A stretch of DNA of 52,368 nucleotides from Myxococcota bacterium (GTDB lineage: Bacteria > Myxococcota_A > Polyangia > Polyangiales > Sandaracinaceae), in contig JAYZQJ010000202.1 in assembly GCA_036149055.1 (NCBI GenBank), positions 1-52,368 on the forward strand, given 5' to 3'. The position numbers and the translations under genes were made by a program. The stretch's first letter is position 1. Each line of letters starts with the position of its first letter. The notes below the pieces were generated by a model. That model made no database searches, had not been told where the DNA came from, and worked only from the letters and a program-made list of their open reading frames with translations. Positions 30,031 through 39,007 of this stretch are shown piece after piece.

Positions 30031-32766
30031 GTGTCGAAGTCCCTCGTCATCGTCGAGTCCCCCGCCAAGGCCCGCACCATCGCCGGGTACCTCGGGAAGG
30101 AGTACGTGGTCGAGTCCTCCATCGGCCACATCCGCGACCTGCCACGCCGCGCCAGCGACGTGCCGGCCAAGTACAAGAAGGAGCCGTGGGCCCGCCTGGG
30201 CGTCGACGTCGAGAACGACTTCCGACCCCTCTACATCGTCGACCCCGACAAGAAGCAGCACATCACCAAGCTGAAGAAGCTGCTCAAGGAGGCCGACACC
30301 CTCTACCTCGCGACCGATGAAGATCGCGAGGGGGAGTCCATCGCCTGGCACCTGCTCGAGGTCCTGAGCCCGAAGGTGCCGGTCAAGCGGATGGTCTTCC
30401 ACGAGATCACCAAGAAGGCGATCCAGTCGGCGATCCAGAACCCGCGTCAGATCGACCAGCGCCTGGTCGACGCGCAGGAGGCCCGCCGCATCCTCGATCG
30501 TCTCTTCGGCTACGAGGTCTCCCCGGTCCTCTGGAAGAAGGTCATGCCGCAGCTGTCGGCCGGCCGGGTCCAGAGCGTCGCGACCCGCATCGTGGTCGAG
30601 CGCGAGCGCGCCCGGATCCGCTTCAACCGGGCGAAGTACTGGGACCTCGAGGCCCAGCTCGCGAAGGCGGACGGCGCCGAGCTCACCGCCAAGCTCTACT
30701 CCCTCGACGGCAAGCGCCTCGCCTCCGGCAAGGACTTCGACGAGTCGGGCAAGGTGGGCCGCAAGGACGTCGTCGTGCTCGACGAGAAGGGCGCGACCGA
30801 GCTGGCCGAGGCGCTGAAGGGCAAGCCCTTCACCGTGAAGTCGGTCGAGCGCAAGCCCTACAAGCGCACGCCGGCGCCGCCCTTCATGACCTCGACCCTC
30901 CAGCAGGAGGCGTCCCGCAAGCTGCGCTTCGACGCGCGCCGCGCGATGCGCACCGCTCAGCGCCTCTACGAGTCGGGCTTCATCACCTACATGCGTACCG
31001 ACTCGACGACGCTCTCCGACACCGCGATCACCGCGGCGCGGAAGCAGATCGAGGACCTCTACGGCAAGGATCACATGCCGGCCCACCCGCGCTCCTACGC
31101 CAACAAGGTGAAGAACGCGCAGGAGGCCCACGAAGCGATCCGCCCGTCCGGCGACAACTGGAAGACGCCGGAGGAGGTCGCCCGCGAGGTCGGCCGCGAC
31201 GAGGCGCGCCTCTACGAGCTGATCTGGAAGCGCACCATCGCCTCGCAGATGGAGGACGCCCGCGGCGAGACGCTGACGGTGCGCATCGAGGCGGAGGCCG
31301 ACGGCAAGCAGGTGGAGCTCGGCGTCAGCGGCCGCACCATCACCTTCCCCGGCTTCCTCCGCGCCTACGTCGAGGGCAGCGACGACCCCGAGGCGGAGCT
31401 CGAGAACCGCGAGAAGCACCTCCCGCCGCTCTCCGAGGGCGAGAAGCTCGAGGGCAAGCGCTTCGAGCCGCAGGGCCACGAGACGCAGCCGCCGGCGCGC
31501 TTCACCGAGGCCTCGCTGGTGCGCGCGCTCGAGGAGCTCGGCGTCGGCCGCCCGTCGACCTACGCGTCGATCATGGGGACCATCGTGGCCCGCGGCTACG
31601 TGTGGAAGAAGGGCTCCGCGCTCATCCCGAGCTGGAAGGCCTTCGCGGTCACCGCGCTGCTCGAGCAGCACTTCCCGCAGCTGGTCGACTACACCTTCAC
31701 CGCGCGCATGGAGGACGAGCTCGACGCCATCGCGAGCGGCGACGAGCAGGTCGTGCCGTGGCTCGAGCGCTTCTACCTCGGCCCCAACGGGCAGGCGCCG
31801 GCGAACGAGAACGGCGTGGTCATGGAGACCGGGCTCAAGGAGATGGTCTCCGAGAAGCTCGGCGAGATCGACGCCCGCGAGATCAACAGCCTCCCGCTCG
31901 GCGAGGACGAGCAGGGCCGCACCGTCGTGGTGCGCGTGGGTCGCTACGGCCCCTACCTGCAGCGCGGCGACGACGAGGGCTCGCGGCCGAAGATCCCCGA
32001 GGATCTCCCGCCCGACGAGCTGACCCTCGAGAAGGCGATCGAGCTGCTCGAGGCGCCCAGCGACGACCGCGAGCTCGGCGCGGACCCGGAGACCGGTGAG
32101 AAGGTGATCGCGCGGGCCGGCCGCTTCGGGCCGTACGTGCAGCTCGGCGACGCGTCGGCGGACCGCAAGGAGAAGCCGAAGACGGCCTCGCTCTTCAAGA
32201 CGATGTCGCTCGAGACGATCACCCTCGAGGAGGCGCTGAAGCTGCTCAGCCTCCCGCGCGAGGTCGGCAAGGGCGAGGACGGCGAGCCCATCCTGGCGCT
32301 CAACGGGCGCTACGGGCCCTACCTGAAGCATGGCAAGGAGACGCGCAGCCTCGAGAAGGAGGAGCAGATCTTCGCCATCGGGCTCGAGGAGGCCAAGAAG
32401 GTCCTCGCCCAGCCCAAGCAGCGGGGCCGCCGCAGCGCCGCGACCGCCGAGCCGCTCAAGACCCTCGGTGAGGATCCGACGACCGGCGAGAAGATCCTGG
32501 TCAAGGAGGGCCGCTGGGGCCCCTACGTCACCGACGGCGAGACCAACGCGTCGCTCCGCAAGGGCGACAGCGTCGAGGACATCACCACCGATCGCGCCAT
32601 CGAGCTGCTCCAGATGCGGCGCGACCGCGGCCCGGTGAAGAAGAAGCGGGCCAGCAAGAAGAAGACGTCGAAGAAGAAGGCCAAGAAGAAGACGTCGAAG
32701 AAGAAGGCCAAGAAGAAGACGTCGAAGAAGGCCAAGAAGAAGACGTCGAAGAAGGCCGACGGTTGA
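30031..32766 (+). CDS. topA: DNA topoisomerase I
   Basis: VIVESPAKA, TDEDREGE, SAGRVQS, ITYMRTDS (catalytic Tyr), QEAHEAIRP and GRPSTYA; C-terminal GRYGPY repeats and a Lys-rich tail. Confidence 0.98.
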   Translation: MSKSLVIVESPAKARTIAGYLGKEYVVESSIGHIRDLPRRASDVPAKYKKEPWARLGVDVENDFRPLYIVDPDKKQHITKLKKLLKEADTLYLATDEDREGESIAWHLLEVLSPKVPVKRMVFHEITKKAIQSAIQNPRQIDQRLVDAQEARRILDRLFGYEVSPVLWKKVMPQLSAGRVQSVATRIVVERERARIRFNRAKYWDLEAQLAKADGAELTAKLYSLDGKRLASGKDFDESGKVGRKDVVVLDEKGATELAEALKGKPFTVKSVERKPYKRTPAPPFMTSTLQQEASRKLRFDARRAMRTAQRLYESGFITYMRTDSTTLSDTAITAARKQIEDLYGKDHMPAHPRSYANKVKNAQEAHEAIRPSGDNWKTPEEVAREVGRDEARLYELIWKRTIASQMEDARGETLTVRIEAEADGKQVELGVSGRTITFPGFLRAYVEGSDDPEAELENREKHLPPLSEGEKLEGKRFEPQGHETQPPARFTEASLVRALEELGVGRPSTYASIMGTIVARGYVWKKGSALIPSWKAFAVTALLEQHFPQLVDYTFTARMEDELDAIASGDEQVVPWLERFYLGPNGQAPANENGVVMETGLKEMVSEKLGEIDAREINSLPLGEDEQGRTVVVRVGRYGPYLQRGDDEGSRPKIPEDLPPDELTLEKAIELLEAPSDDRELGADPETGEKVIARAGRFGPYVQLGDASADRKEKPKTASLFKTMSLETITLEEALKLLSLPREVGKGEDGEPILALNGRYGPYLKHGKETRSLEKEEQIFAIGLEEAKKVLAQPKQRGRRSAATAEPLKTLGEDPTTGEKILVKEGRWGPYVTDGETNASLRKGDSVEDITTDRAIELLQMRRDRGPVKKKRASKKKTSKKKAKKKTSKKKAKKKTSKKAKKKTSKKADG

Positions 32767-32769
32767 GCC

Positions 32770-33507
32770 GTGAGCGACGCCCCCGAACGCAGCGAGAGAC
32801 TCCTCGAGCCGGTCCCCGCGGTCCGGTCGGCCGTCGCCTACCTCTGCGCGGTGGAGCACCACCTCGCCCGCGGCGCCGAGGAGGGCTCCGAGGTCCTGCC
32901 GGATCACGAGCGCACCCTCGCCCTGGACGCCATCGCCGCCTGTGAGGCGGCGGTCGGCGCCCGGCTGACCGACGAGGTGCTCGCGCTCTTCGCCTCGGGG
33001 GCGAGCGCCCTGTCGAGCCGCAAGCAGATGAAGCTCTCGCTGGTCGGCGCGCTCACCGAGCAGGCGCACGACGAGGGGCTCCGCAGGAACCTGGTCGCCT
33101 TCGGGCGCGACGGGCACCTCTGGTACGCGATCCCGAAGTCGCCCGACGACGAGGATCGGCGCCGCGTCTTCGTCTACGACGACCGCGACGGCTCGCACGC
33201 GCGGTGGGACCTGGTGCGCATCCTGACGCAGGAGGCGGAGGCGCTGCTCGACGACGTGGAGCTCGACCAGACGGTCGAGAACACGCTGAGCGGCGAGGCC
33301 AACGCGCAGCGCTTCGTGGTGCGGCTGGTCAGCGCGCAGGCCGAGGGGGACGGCGACGCGCAGGCGCAGCGGCGCGTGCAGCACGCGAAGTTCGGCGGCG
33401 GCACGGTGCTCCGGGAGATCCACGACGGCCCCGAGCCCAAGCTCGAGATCGCCTTCGACGCCGCCGGCACCAAGACGCTCCTCGCCCGCTTCGTCCAGGA
33501 GGCGTGA
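32770..33507 (+). CDS. Hypothetical protein with SMI1/KNR4-like N-terminal part and PcrA/UvrD-type Tudor-like C-terminus
   Basis: AIAACEAAVGARLTDEVLALF and RVQHAKFGGGTVL...KLEIAF...GTKTLLARF. Confidence 0.65.
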   Translation: MSDAPERSERLLEPVPAVRSAVAYLCAVEHHLARGAEEGSEVLPDHERTLALDAIAACEAAVGARLTDEVLALFASGASALSSRKQMKLSLVGALTEQAHDEGLRRNLVAFGRDGHLWYAIPKSPDDEDRRRVFVYDDRDGSHARWDLVRILTQEAEALLDDVELDQTVENTLSGEANAQRFVVRLVSAQAEGDGDAQAQRRVQHAKFGGGTVLREIHDGPEPKLEIAFDAAGTKTLLARFVQEA

Positions 33508-33536
33508 GCGACGTCGTCGCCCTATCCTTCCGGGCG

Positions 33537-34403
33537 ATGACTCCGCGCAGCGTGTTGATCGCGGGCTGCGGCTACGTGGGCTCCGCCCTCGCGGCCGAGC
33601 TCGTCCGGGACGGCCACCGCGTCTACGGCCTCCGCCGGCAGGTCGAGAAGCTCCCCGAGGGCGTGCGCGGGGTGGCCGCCGATCTCACCGACCGCGCGTC
33701 GCTGGACGCCATCCCCTCGGACGTCGAGCAGCTCGTCTACGCGGCGAGCGCCAACGGGCGCACCGAGCAGGCCTACGAGGACGCCTACGTGCGCGGCCTC
33801 GAGAACGTGCTCGACGCCCTGTCGGCGGCGAAGCTCGAGCGAGCCGTCTTCACCTCGAGCACGGCGGTCTACGGCCAGAACGACGGCGCGTGGGTCGACG
33901 AGGCCAGCCCCACCGAGCCCGAGCGCTTCACCGGCGCGGCCCTGCTCCGCGCCGAGCGCACCCTCGCCGAGGCGGTGACGACCTCGTCCGCGCTCCGCCT
34001 CTCCGGCATCTACGGCCCCGGCCGCACCTGGCTCGTGCGCCGGGTCGCGTCGGGCGAGGTCACCGTCGAGCCCGACGACCACGAGGGACACCCGCGCTAC
34101 GGCAACCGCATCCACCTCCGGGACTGCGCCGGGGCCCTGCGCCACCTCCTCGGCCTCGAGCTGCTCTCGCCGGTCTACGTCGGGGTCGACGACGCCCCGG
34201 CGCCGCTGCGCGACGTCTACGCCTACGTGGCCGAGCTGCTCGGCGCGCCGCCGCCCCGGGCCGGCGAGGACGTGGGGAGCGGCCGCGGCGGCAACAAACG
34301 TTGCCGCAACGCGCGCCTGAAGGCGTCGGGCTACGCGCTCCGGGTGCCGAGCTACCGCGAGGGCTATCCGGAGATCGTGAAGGGCTACCTGGAGGCGTCG
34401 TGA
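33537..34403 (+). CDS. NAD-dependent epimerase/dehydratase (atypical SDR)
   Basis: LIAGCGYVG, FTSSTAVYG, LRLSGIYGPGR, NRIH and NKRC.N. The start could be GTG 33504. Confidence 0.88.
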   Translation: MTPRSVLIAGCGYVGSALAAELVRDGHRVYGLRRQVEKLPEGVRGVAADLTDRASLDAIPSDVEQLVYAASANGRTEQAYEDAYVRGLENVLDALSAAKLERAVFTSSTAVYGQNDGAWVDEASPTEPERFTGAALLRAERTLAEAVTTSSALRLSGIYGPGRTWLVRRVASGEVTVEPDDHEGHPRYGNRIHLRDCAGALRHLLGLELLSPVYVGVDDAPAPLRDVYAYVAELLGAPPPRAGEDVGSGRGGNKRCRNARLKASGYALRVPSYREGYPEIVKGYLEAS

Positions 34404-35002
34404 GGCGCTCCTACTTCTTCGTGCGGCACGGGCGCGCGGTCTATCAGGAGCGCGGCTTCCGGCGCGACGCGCACCCTCCCGAGACCGACTGGCCGCTCGC
34501 GCCGACGGGGCACGCGCAGGCCCGAGACGTGGTCGCGCCGCTCCTGCGGGCCGGCGTGATGCGCGTCGTCTCGAGCGAGCTCGAGCGCGCCAAGCAGACC
34601 GCGGCCCCGCTCGCCGCGCACCTCCCCTACGAGCACCGGTGGAGCGCGCTGAACGAGATCGCGCCCTGGACCCTGCGCGAGCCGCTGCGCCGCCGGCCCG
34701 AGTGGTGGCACGGCCTGCGGGTGGCGGCGGCGATGCGGCGTCACCTCCGCGGGCAGCCGGTGCGGGGCGTGAAGCTGGCCGAGCTCGAGGGCCGGATGCG
34801 CGGCGTGCTGGCGGAGCTCGACGCCCTGGACGAGCCCCGGGTGGCGGTCGTCGGGCACGGCTACTGGATCTTGCTGTGCGCGATGCTGCTCCGCGGCCAG
34901 CCTCGCAAGCGCTGGGTCGACAACTGCTCGATCACCCGCGTCGACGCCGACGGCGCCGGCCGCTACCGCGTGGTCTCGTTCGCCCGGAGCCCGCTGCACT
35001 AG
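34400..35002 (+). CDS. Histidine phosphatase family protein
   Basis: FVRHG, SS...RAKQTA, LNE, VVGHG and NCSIT; GTGA overlap. Confidence 0.88.
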   Translation: MRRSYFFVRHGRAVYQERGFRRDAHPPETDWPLAPTGHAQARDVVAPLLRAGVMRVVSSELERAKQTAAPLAAHLPYEHRWSALNEIAPWTLREPLRRRPEWWHGLRVAAAMRRHLRGQPVRGVKLAELEGRMRGVLAELDALDEPRVAVVGHGYWILLCAMLLRGQPRKRWVDNCSITRVDADGAGRYRVVSFARSPLH

Positions 35003-35005
35003 CCG

Positions 35006-35896
35006 TCACGGGCGCACGAGGAGGGATCGCAACAGCCCCTCCATGCGCCCCGCCCGCGCCGCCGGGCAGTCGCCGCGCACCGCCGCGTGCGCGCCGTCGA
35101 CCTCCACCGAGACCACGGCGCCCTCGAGCGGCGCCTCGGACGCGCGCACCTCGAGCTCCCGCTCTCCGGCCCGGAAGCGGTGCACGCAGCCGCCGTCCAC
35201 CGCCTCCTCGCCCTGCCAGCGCCACTCGGGACCGCACGCGGCCTGCACGTCGCTGGGCAGCAGCAGGAAGGCGTCGCAGCCGAGCCCCTCGGGCACCCGC
35301 GCCGGCGTGCCCGCGACCCGCCAGGCGACGACCTCGACGTCGCCGGGCGTCGCGCCCTCGATGGGCGGCGACAGGGTGGTCCGGGCCCGGACGCGGCCGA
35401 CGCCCGGGCAGTAGACCTCCTCGGTCACCCGCGTCGTCTCGGGGCCGAAGAGGGTGCCGGCCGGGTGCACGCAGCGTCGGCGCACCGAGACGCAGCGCTG
35501 CCCTGCGTGCGGCGCGTCGACCCGGAGGATCTCTCCCCGGCAGCGCGCCGATCGGGCGCCCTCGTAGTCCCAGCCCGCGCCAGCGCGGATCGGCGCGCGG
35601 AGCAGCGGCTCGATGATCGAGCCGTCGGGCCGCGCGAGCCCGACCTCCTGCTCGCTCGCCCGATAGAACGCGGGCTGGGTGTCCCCCTGCCCGAAGAGCA
35701 CCGCGAGGCCCTCGGGCGTGGTGGCGGTGACCCCGCGGGTGCGGGCGGCGCCGCCGACGCGCTCTCTCCAGCGATCGCCCACCGTGGCGGGGAAGAGCGC
35801 GGCCGGCGCGACCGACGGCGGCGGCGTGGGCGGCTCCTCGTCCGAGGCGCCGCAGCCCGCCGCGAGCAGCGCCGAGATCAGAACGAAGCGCGTCAC
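35006..35896 (-). CDS. Hypothetical lipoprotein
   Basis: Lipobox AAGC; FP..VGDRW and EVYCPGVGRV motifs. Confidence 0.7.
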   Translation of the reverse strand: MTRFVLISALLAAGCGASDEEPPTPPPSVAPAALFPATVGDRWRERVGGAARTRGVTATTPEGLAVLFGQGDTQPAFYRASEQEVGLARPDGSIIEPLLRAPIRAGAGWDYEGARSARCRGEILRVDAPHAGQRCVSVRRRCVHPAGTLFGPETTRVTEEVYCPGVGRVRARTTLSPPIEGATPGDVEVVAWRVAGTPARVPEGLGCDAFLLLPSDVQAACGPEWRWQGEEAVDGGCVHRFRAGERELEVRASEAPLEGAVVSVEVDGAHAAVRGDCPAARAGRMEGLLRSLLVRP

Positions 35897-35922
35897 GGCA
35901 CGAACATGCGATAGTCGCGCGC

Positions 35923-36564
35923 GTGAGCAAGCGGTGGCGCGTGGGAGTCGGCCTGATCGCCCTGGTGCTGGTCTCGGGCATCGCCTGGAGCTTCCTCCAG
36001 CCGGGCGCGCCCGGCGCCGCGCCCACCGGCCCGGCGCCGCCCTGCCCGTACGGCTTCGTCGACCGCCCCTCGGCCACCGCCCCCGTGCTGCAGCGTCTGC
36101 GGACCACCACCGACGGAGCCGCGGTCCTGGCCGCGCTCGGCGGCGCCGAGGTGCGCTTCTGCTGGGGCGACATCGACAGCCCCGTGGTCGACGGCGGCCA
36201 GCTGCTCCTGATGACCGAGGACGACCCGCCCGCCCAGCGAGCCGCGCGCGCCGCGCACCTGCTCCACCACGTCGCCCACGGGCTCCCGCTCCCGGCCGAG
36301 ATCCCGCGCGGCGCCGACTGCGAGGCGCTGGTCGCGCAGGCGCTCGCCCGCGAAGCCGAGGCCTACGCGCTGGAGCTGCGCCTGCGCCGCCGCCTCGAGG
36401 CGCCCGGCCCGCGCTACGACTTCGAGCCGGCGTTCTGGGAGGCGGCCGAGGGCGACCGCGTCGCGCTGATCCTCGACTACCTCCGCGCGCACCCCGACGG
36501 CGCGCGCAACCTGGAGGCGCTCGGCACCGGCTACCGGCAGCGCTGCGAGGTGCAGGCTCGGTGA
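35923..36564 (+). CDS. Hypothetical membrane-anchored protein (zincin-like, HLLHH)
   Basis: N-terminal TM; AAHLLHH followed by REAEAY. Confidence 0.65.
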   Translation: MSKRWRVGVGLIALVLVSGIAWSFLQPGAPGAAPTGPAPPCPYGFVDRPSATAPVLQRLRTTTDGAAVLAALGGAEVRFCWGDIDSPVVDGGQLLLMTEDDPPAQRAARAAHLLHHVAHGLPLPAEIPRGADCEALVAQALAREAEAYALELRLRRRLEAPGPRYDFEPAFWEAAEGDRVALILDYLRAHPDGARNLEALGTGYRQRCEVQAR

Positions 36565-36611
36565 GGGCGACGCCCCGTTGAGGCGACTCACGCCGCGGTT
36601 ATTCTGCGGGC

Positions 36612-37337
36612 GTGACGGCGCTGAAGATTCACAACGACGCGGTCGAGGTGCGGGCCGGCCGCCCCGACGCGAAGGTGCTCGTGACCTGCGAGCACGCGAG
36701 CCAGCGGCTGCCCGAGGGCTGGGAGTGGCCCGAGCGCGACCGGCGGCTGGTGGACACCCACTGGGCCTACGACCTCGGCGCGGCGGACATGGCGCGGGAC
36801 TTCGCGGCCGCGATGGGCGCGGTGGTGGTGCTCTCCCGCTACTCGCGCCTGCTGGTCGACCCGAACCGCCCCGAGGACTCGGAGACGCTCTTCCGGACCC
36901 ACGCGGAGGGCGAGCCGGTGGAGCTGAACACCACGCACCTGCACGACGAGGAGCGCCGGCGCCGGATCGAGCGGCTGCTCCGGCCCTACCACGCCACCCT
37001 CGACGCCGAGGTGCAGGCGAGCCGCGCGCCCACCCTCGTCTCGATCCACACCTTCACGCCGCTCTACGAGGGGCAGCGCCGGACCCTCGAGGTCGGCGTG
37101 CTCTACGATCGCGACGAGGCGCTCGCCGAGCGCGTGACCGAGGTCCTGGTGAAGGCGGGCCTGAACGCCGCGCTCAACGAGCCGTACTCGGGCAAGGCAG
37201 GCCTGATGTACGCGGTGGATCGCCACGCGAGCGCCCACGGCCGCGCGTCGGTCGAGTTCGAGGTGCGTCAGGATCTCGCGACCGACCCCGCGTTCCGACG
37301 CGACTTCGACGCCTTGCTCCTCCAGATCTTCGGATGA
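36612..37337 (+). CDS. N-formylglutamate amidohydrolase family protein
   Basis: TCEHAS, HWAYDLGA, SRLLVDPNR, PYH, SIHTFTP, NEPY and EVRQD. Confidence 0.9.
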   Translation: MTALKIHNDAVEVRAGRPDAKVLVTCEHASQRLPEGWEWPERDRRLVDTHWAYDLGAADMARDFAAAMGAVVVLSRYSRLLVDPNRPEDSETLFRTHAEGEPVELNTTHLHDEERRRRIERLLRPYHATLDAEVQASRAPTLVSIHTFTPLYEGQRRTLEVGVLYDRDEALAERVTEVLVKAGLNAALNEPYSGKAGLMYAVDRHASAHGRASVEFEVRQDLATDPAFRRDFDALLLQIFG

Positions 37338-37347
37338 CCCGAAAGGT

Positions 37348-37381
37348 GAGCGCGCCGCCTCCGAAAGGAGGCGACGCGCTC
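37348..37381. terminator. GC-rich hairpin between convergent genes (probable terminator)
   Basis: GAGCGCGCCGCCTCC-GAAA-GGAGGCGACGCGCTC; no U-tract. Confidence 0.6.
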
Positions 37382-37406
37382 GATGGATGATGGATGATGG
37401 AGTGGC

Positions 37407-38930
37407 TCAGGGATCGCACGAGCCGCTGACGCGGCGCGCGACCTCGGAGAGGATGGCGTCGACCACCGGCGCGAAGTCCGGCTGGCAGATCGACTGGACG
37501 ACCGACGGCCCGCCGTGGGCCTGCGCGACCTCGACCAGCCGGGTCGGCGGGAACGCGACCCCGCGGCCGGGCACGTCGCACGACGGCGTGAGCCGGTTGG
37601 GGCTCGACGGGTCCACCTGCTGCTGCATGCGGGGGTCGGCGAGCATCGTGGCGTAGTCGGTGCCCACCAGGTCCGTCGGCACGCCCGCGACGAGCGCGAA
37701 GATCACGTCGTCGGGGTTGGTCCGCATCGCGCGGAGGCCGTCGACGTAGCGGCTGATCGGGTGGAGCGCGGTGTCCTCGTGCGCGAAGCAGCGCAGGTTG
37801 AGGTCGGTGCTCCCGTAGGTCGAGCTCGACGGGTCGAAGAGCTCCGGGTCGGACGCGGAGCAGTCGTTCTCGTCGGTGAGCACGATGGTCGCGAGCACCG
37901 AGTCGGAGCGGAGGAAGCCCGCGTTCCCGCGGTCCGCCTGCCCGACGCTGCCGTCGTGGAAGCGGATCGGCGAGGTGGAGGGCGTCACCGCCTTGAGCAC
38001 CGCGTCGAGCTGCTGCTCGAAGCCGCAGCCGCCGGTCCCGAGCACCGCGGTGCAGCTCACCTGCTCGATGAACGCCGCCTCGCTGCCCGCCGGGTCGCCC
38101 GCGCGGAGCTCGGCGAAGCTCGGGTACGAGGCCATGCAGCCCGCGATGCCCGGGTTCCCGGCCGTCTGGAGCACGCCGTCGTCGCCGAACGTGCGTTCGG
38201 CGCAGGTCGGGACGTTGTGGCCGCCGGTGCCCATGTCCGAGCTGACGGTGCCGGCGCGCACGCTGCGCAGGGCCGGGAAGTCCTGCACGCCGTCGCCGTC
38301 GAGGTCCCCGGTCGCGAGGATCTCGGCCATGCGCGGGATCTGCATCTCCAGCGAGGCCTGCTCCTCGGTCATCGAGTTCGAGTCGTCGACCATGAAGAGC
38401 ACGTCCAGGTCGCCGTTCGCCCGGCCGCAGCAGCTGCCGCTGCAGGCGGTGCCCACGAAGGCGCGGCTGAAGTGCGTGGTCTCGGTGATCGCCTCGCCGC
38501 CCTCGACCCGGGTGGGCAGGGCCACGAAGGTGTCGCCTTCGCCGTGCGTCCAGAACACGGAGGCGATCTCCGCGTCGCCCGCGTAGGGGAGGCGCACCTC
38601 GACCGGCATGGCGAAGGTCGTGCCCGCCGGCTCGAACCGGTAGACGGGGGAGAAGCCGGTGAAGCTGCCGGGGACCGGCTCGGTGGTGACGGTGACGGTC
38701 AGCTCCACGTCGGACGGCAAGGCGCCCGCGGGCACGATCAGCTCGAGGTCACCGAGCGACAGCGCGCCGCCTGCGGCGCCCACCGTGGCGCTCGCGCTCG
38801 CGCCCTCGGGCGGGATGTCCGAGCCGGAGTCCCCGCCTCCGGGGCCGGCGTCCGCGACGTGATGAGTGGGCCCGCAACCCAGGGCCAGCGCAGCGATCAG
38901 GACTCCGAACGAACGACGCAGTCTCTGCAT
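37407..38930 (-). CDS. Lipoprotein with ZU5-like domain and VWA-like (CglB-like) domain
   Basis: Lipobox ALGC; L.VPAGAL...SPVYRFEP.G..F..PV...TTHFS; MIDAS-like DVLFMVDDSNSM, GCGFEQQL, FLR and LTDENDCS. Confidence 0.75.
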   Translation of the reverse strand: MQRLRRSFGVLIAALALGCGPTHHVADAGPGGGDSGSDIPPEGASASATVGAAGGALSLGDLELIVPAGALPSDVELTVTVTTEPVPGSFTGFSPVYRFEPAGTTFAMPVEVRLPYAGDAEIASVFWTHGEGDTFVALPTRVEGGEAITETTHFSRAFVGTACSGSCCGRANGDLDVLFMVDDSNSMTEEQASLEMQIPRMAEILATGDLDGDGVQDFPALRSVRAGTVSSDMGTGGHNVPTCAERTFGDDGVLQTAGNPGIAGCMASYPSFAELRAGDPAGSEAAFIEQVSCTAVLGTGGCGFEQQLDAVLKAVTPSTSPIRFHDGSVGQADRGNAGFLRSDSVLATIVLTDENDCSASDPELFDPSSSTYGSTDLNLRCFAHEDTALHPISRYVDGLRAMRTNPDDVIFALVAGVPTDLVGTDYATMLADPRMQQQVDPSSPNRLTPSCDVPGRGVAFPPTRLVEVAQAHGGPSVVQSICQPDFAPVVDAILSEVARRVSGSCDP

Positions 38931-39007
38931 GAAGTTCCTCCTCGCCGGTCAGTCGTCGGCGAGGAGGCGGATTTCCAGGTCGGCAGCGTTTGGCGAATAT
39001 GCGCGTG

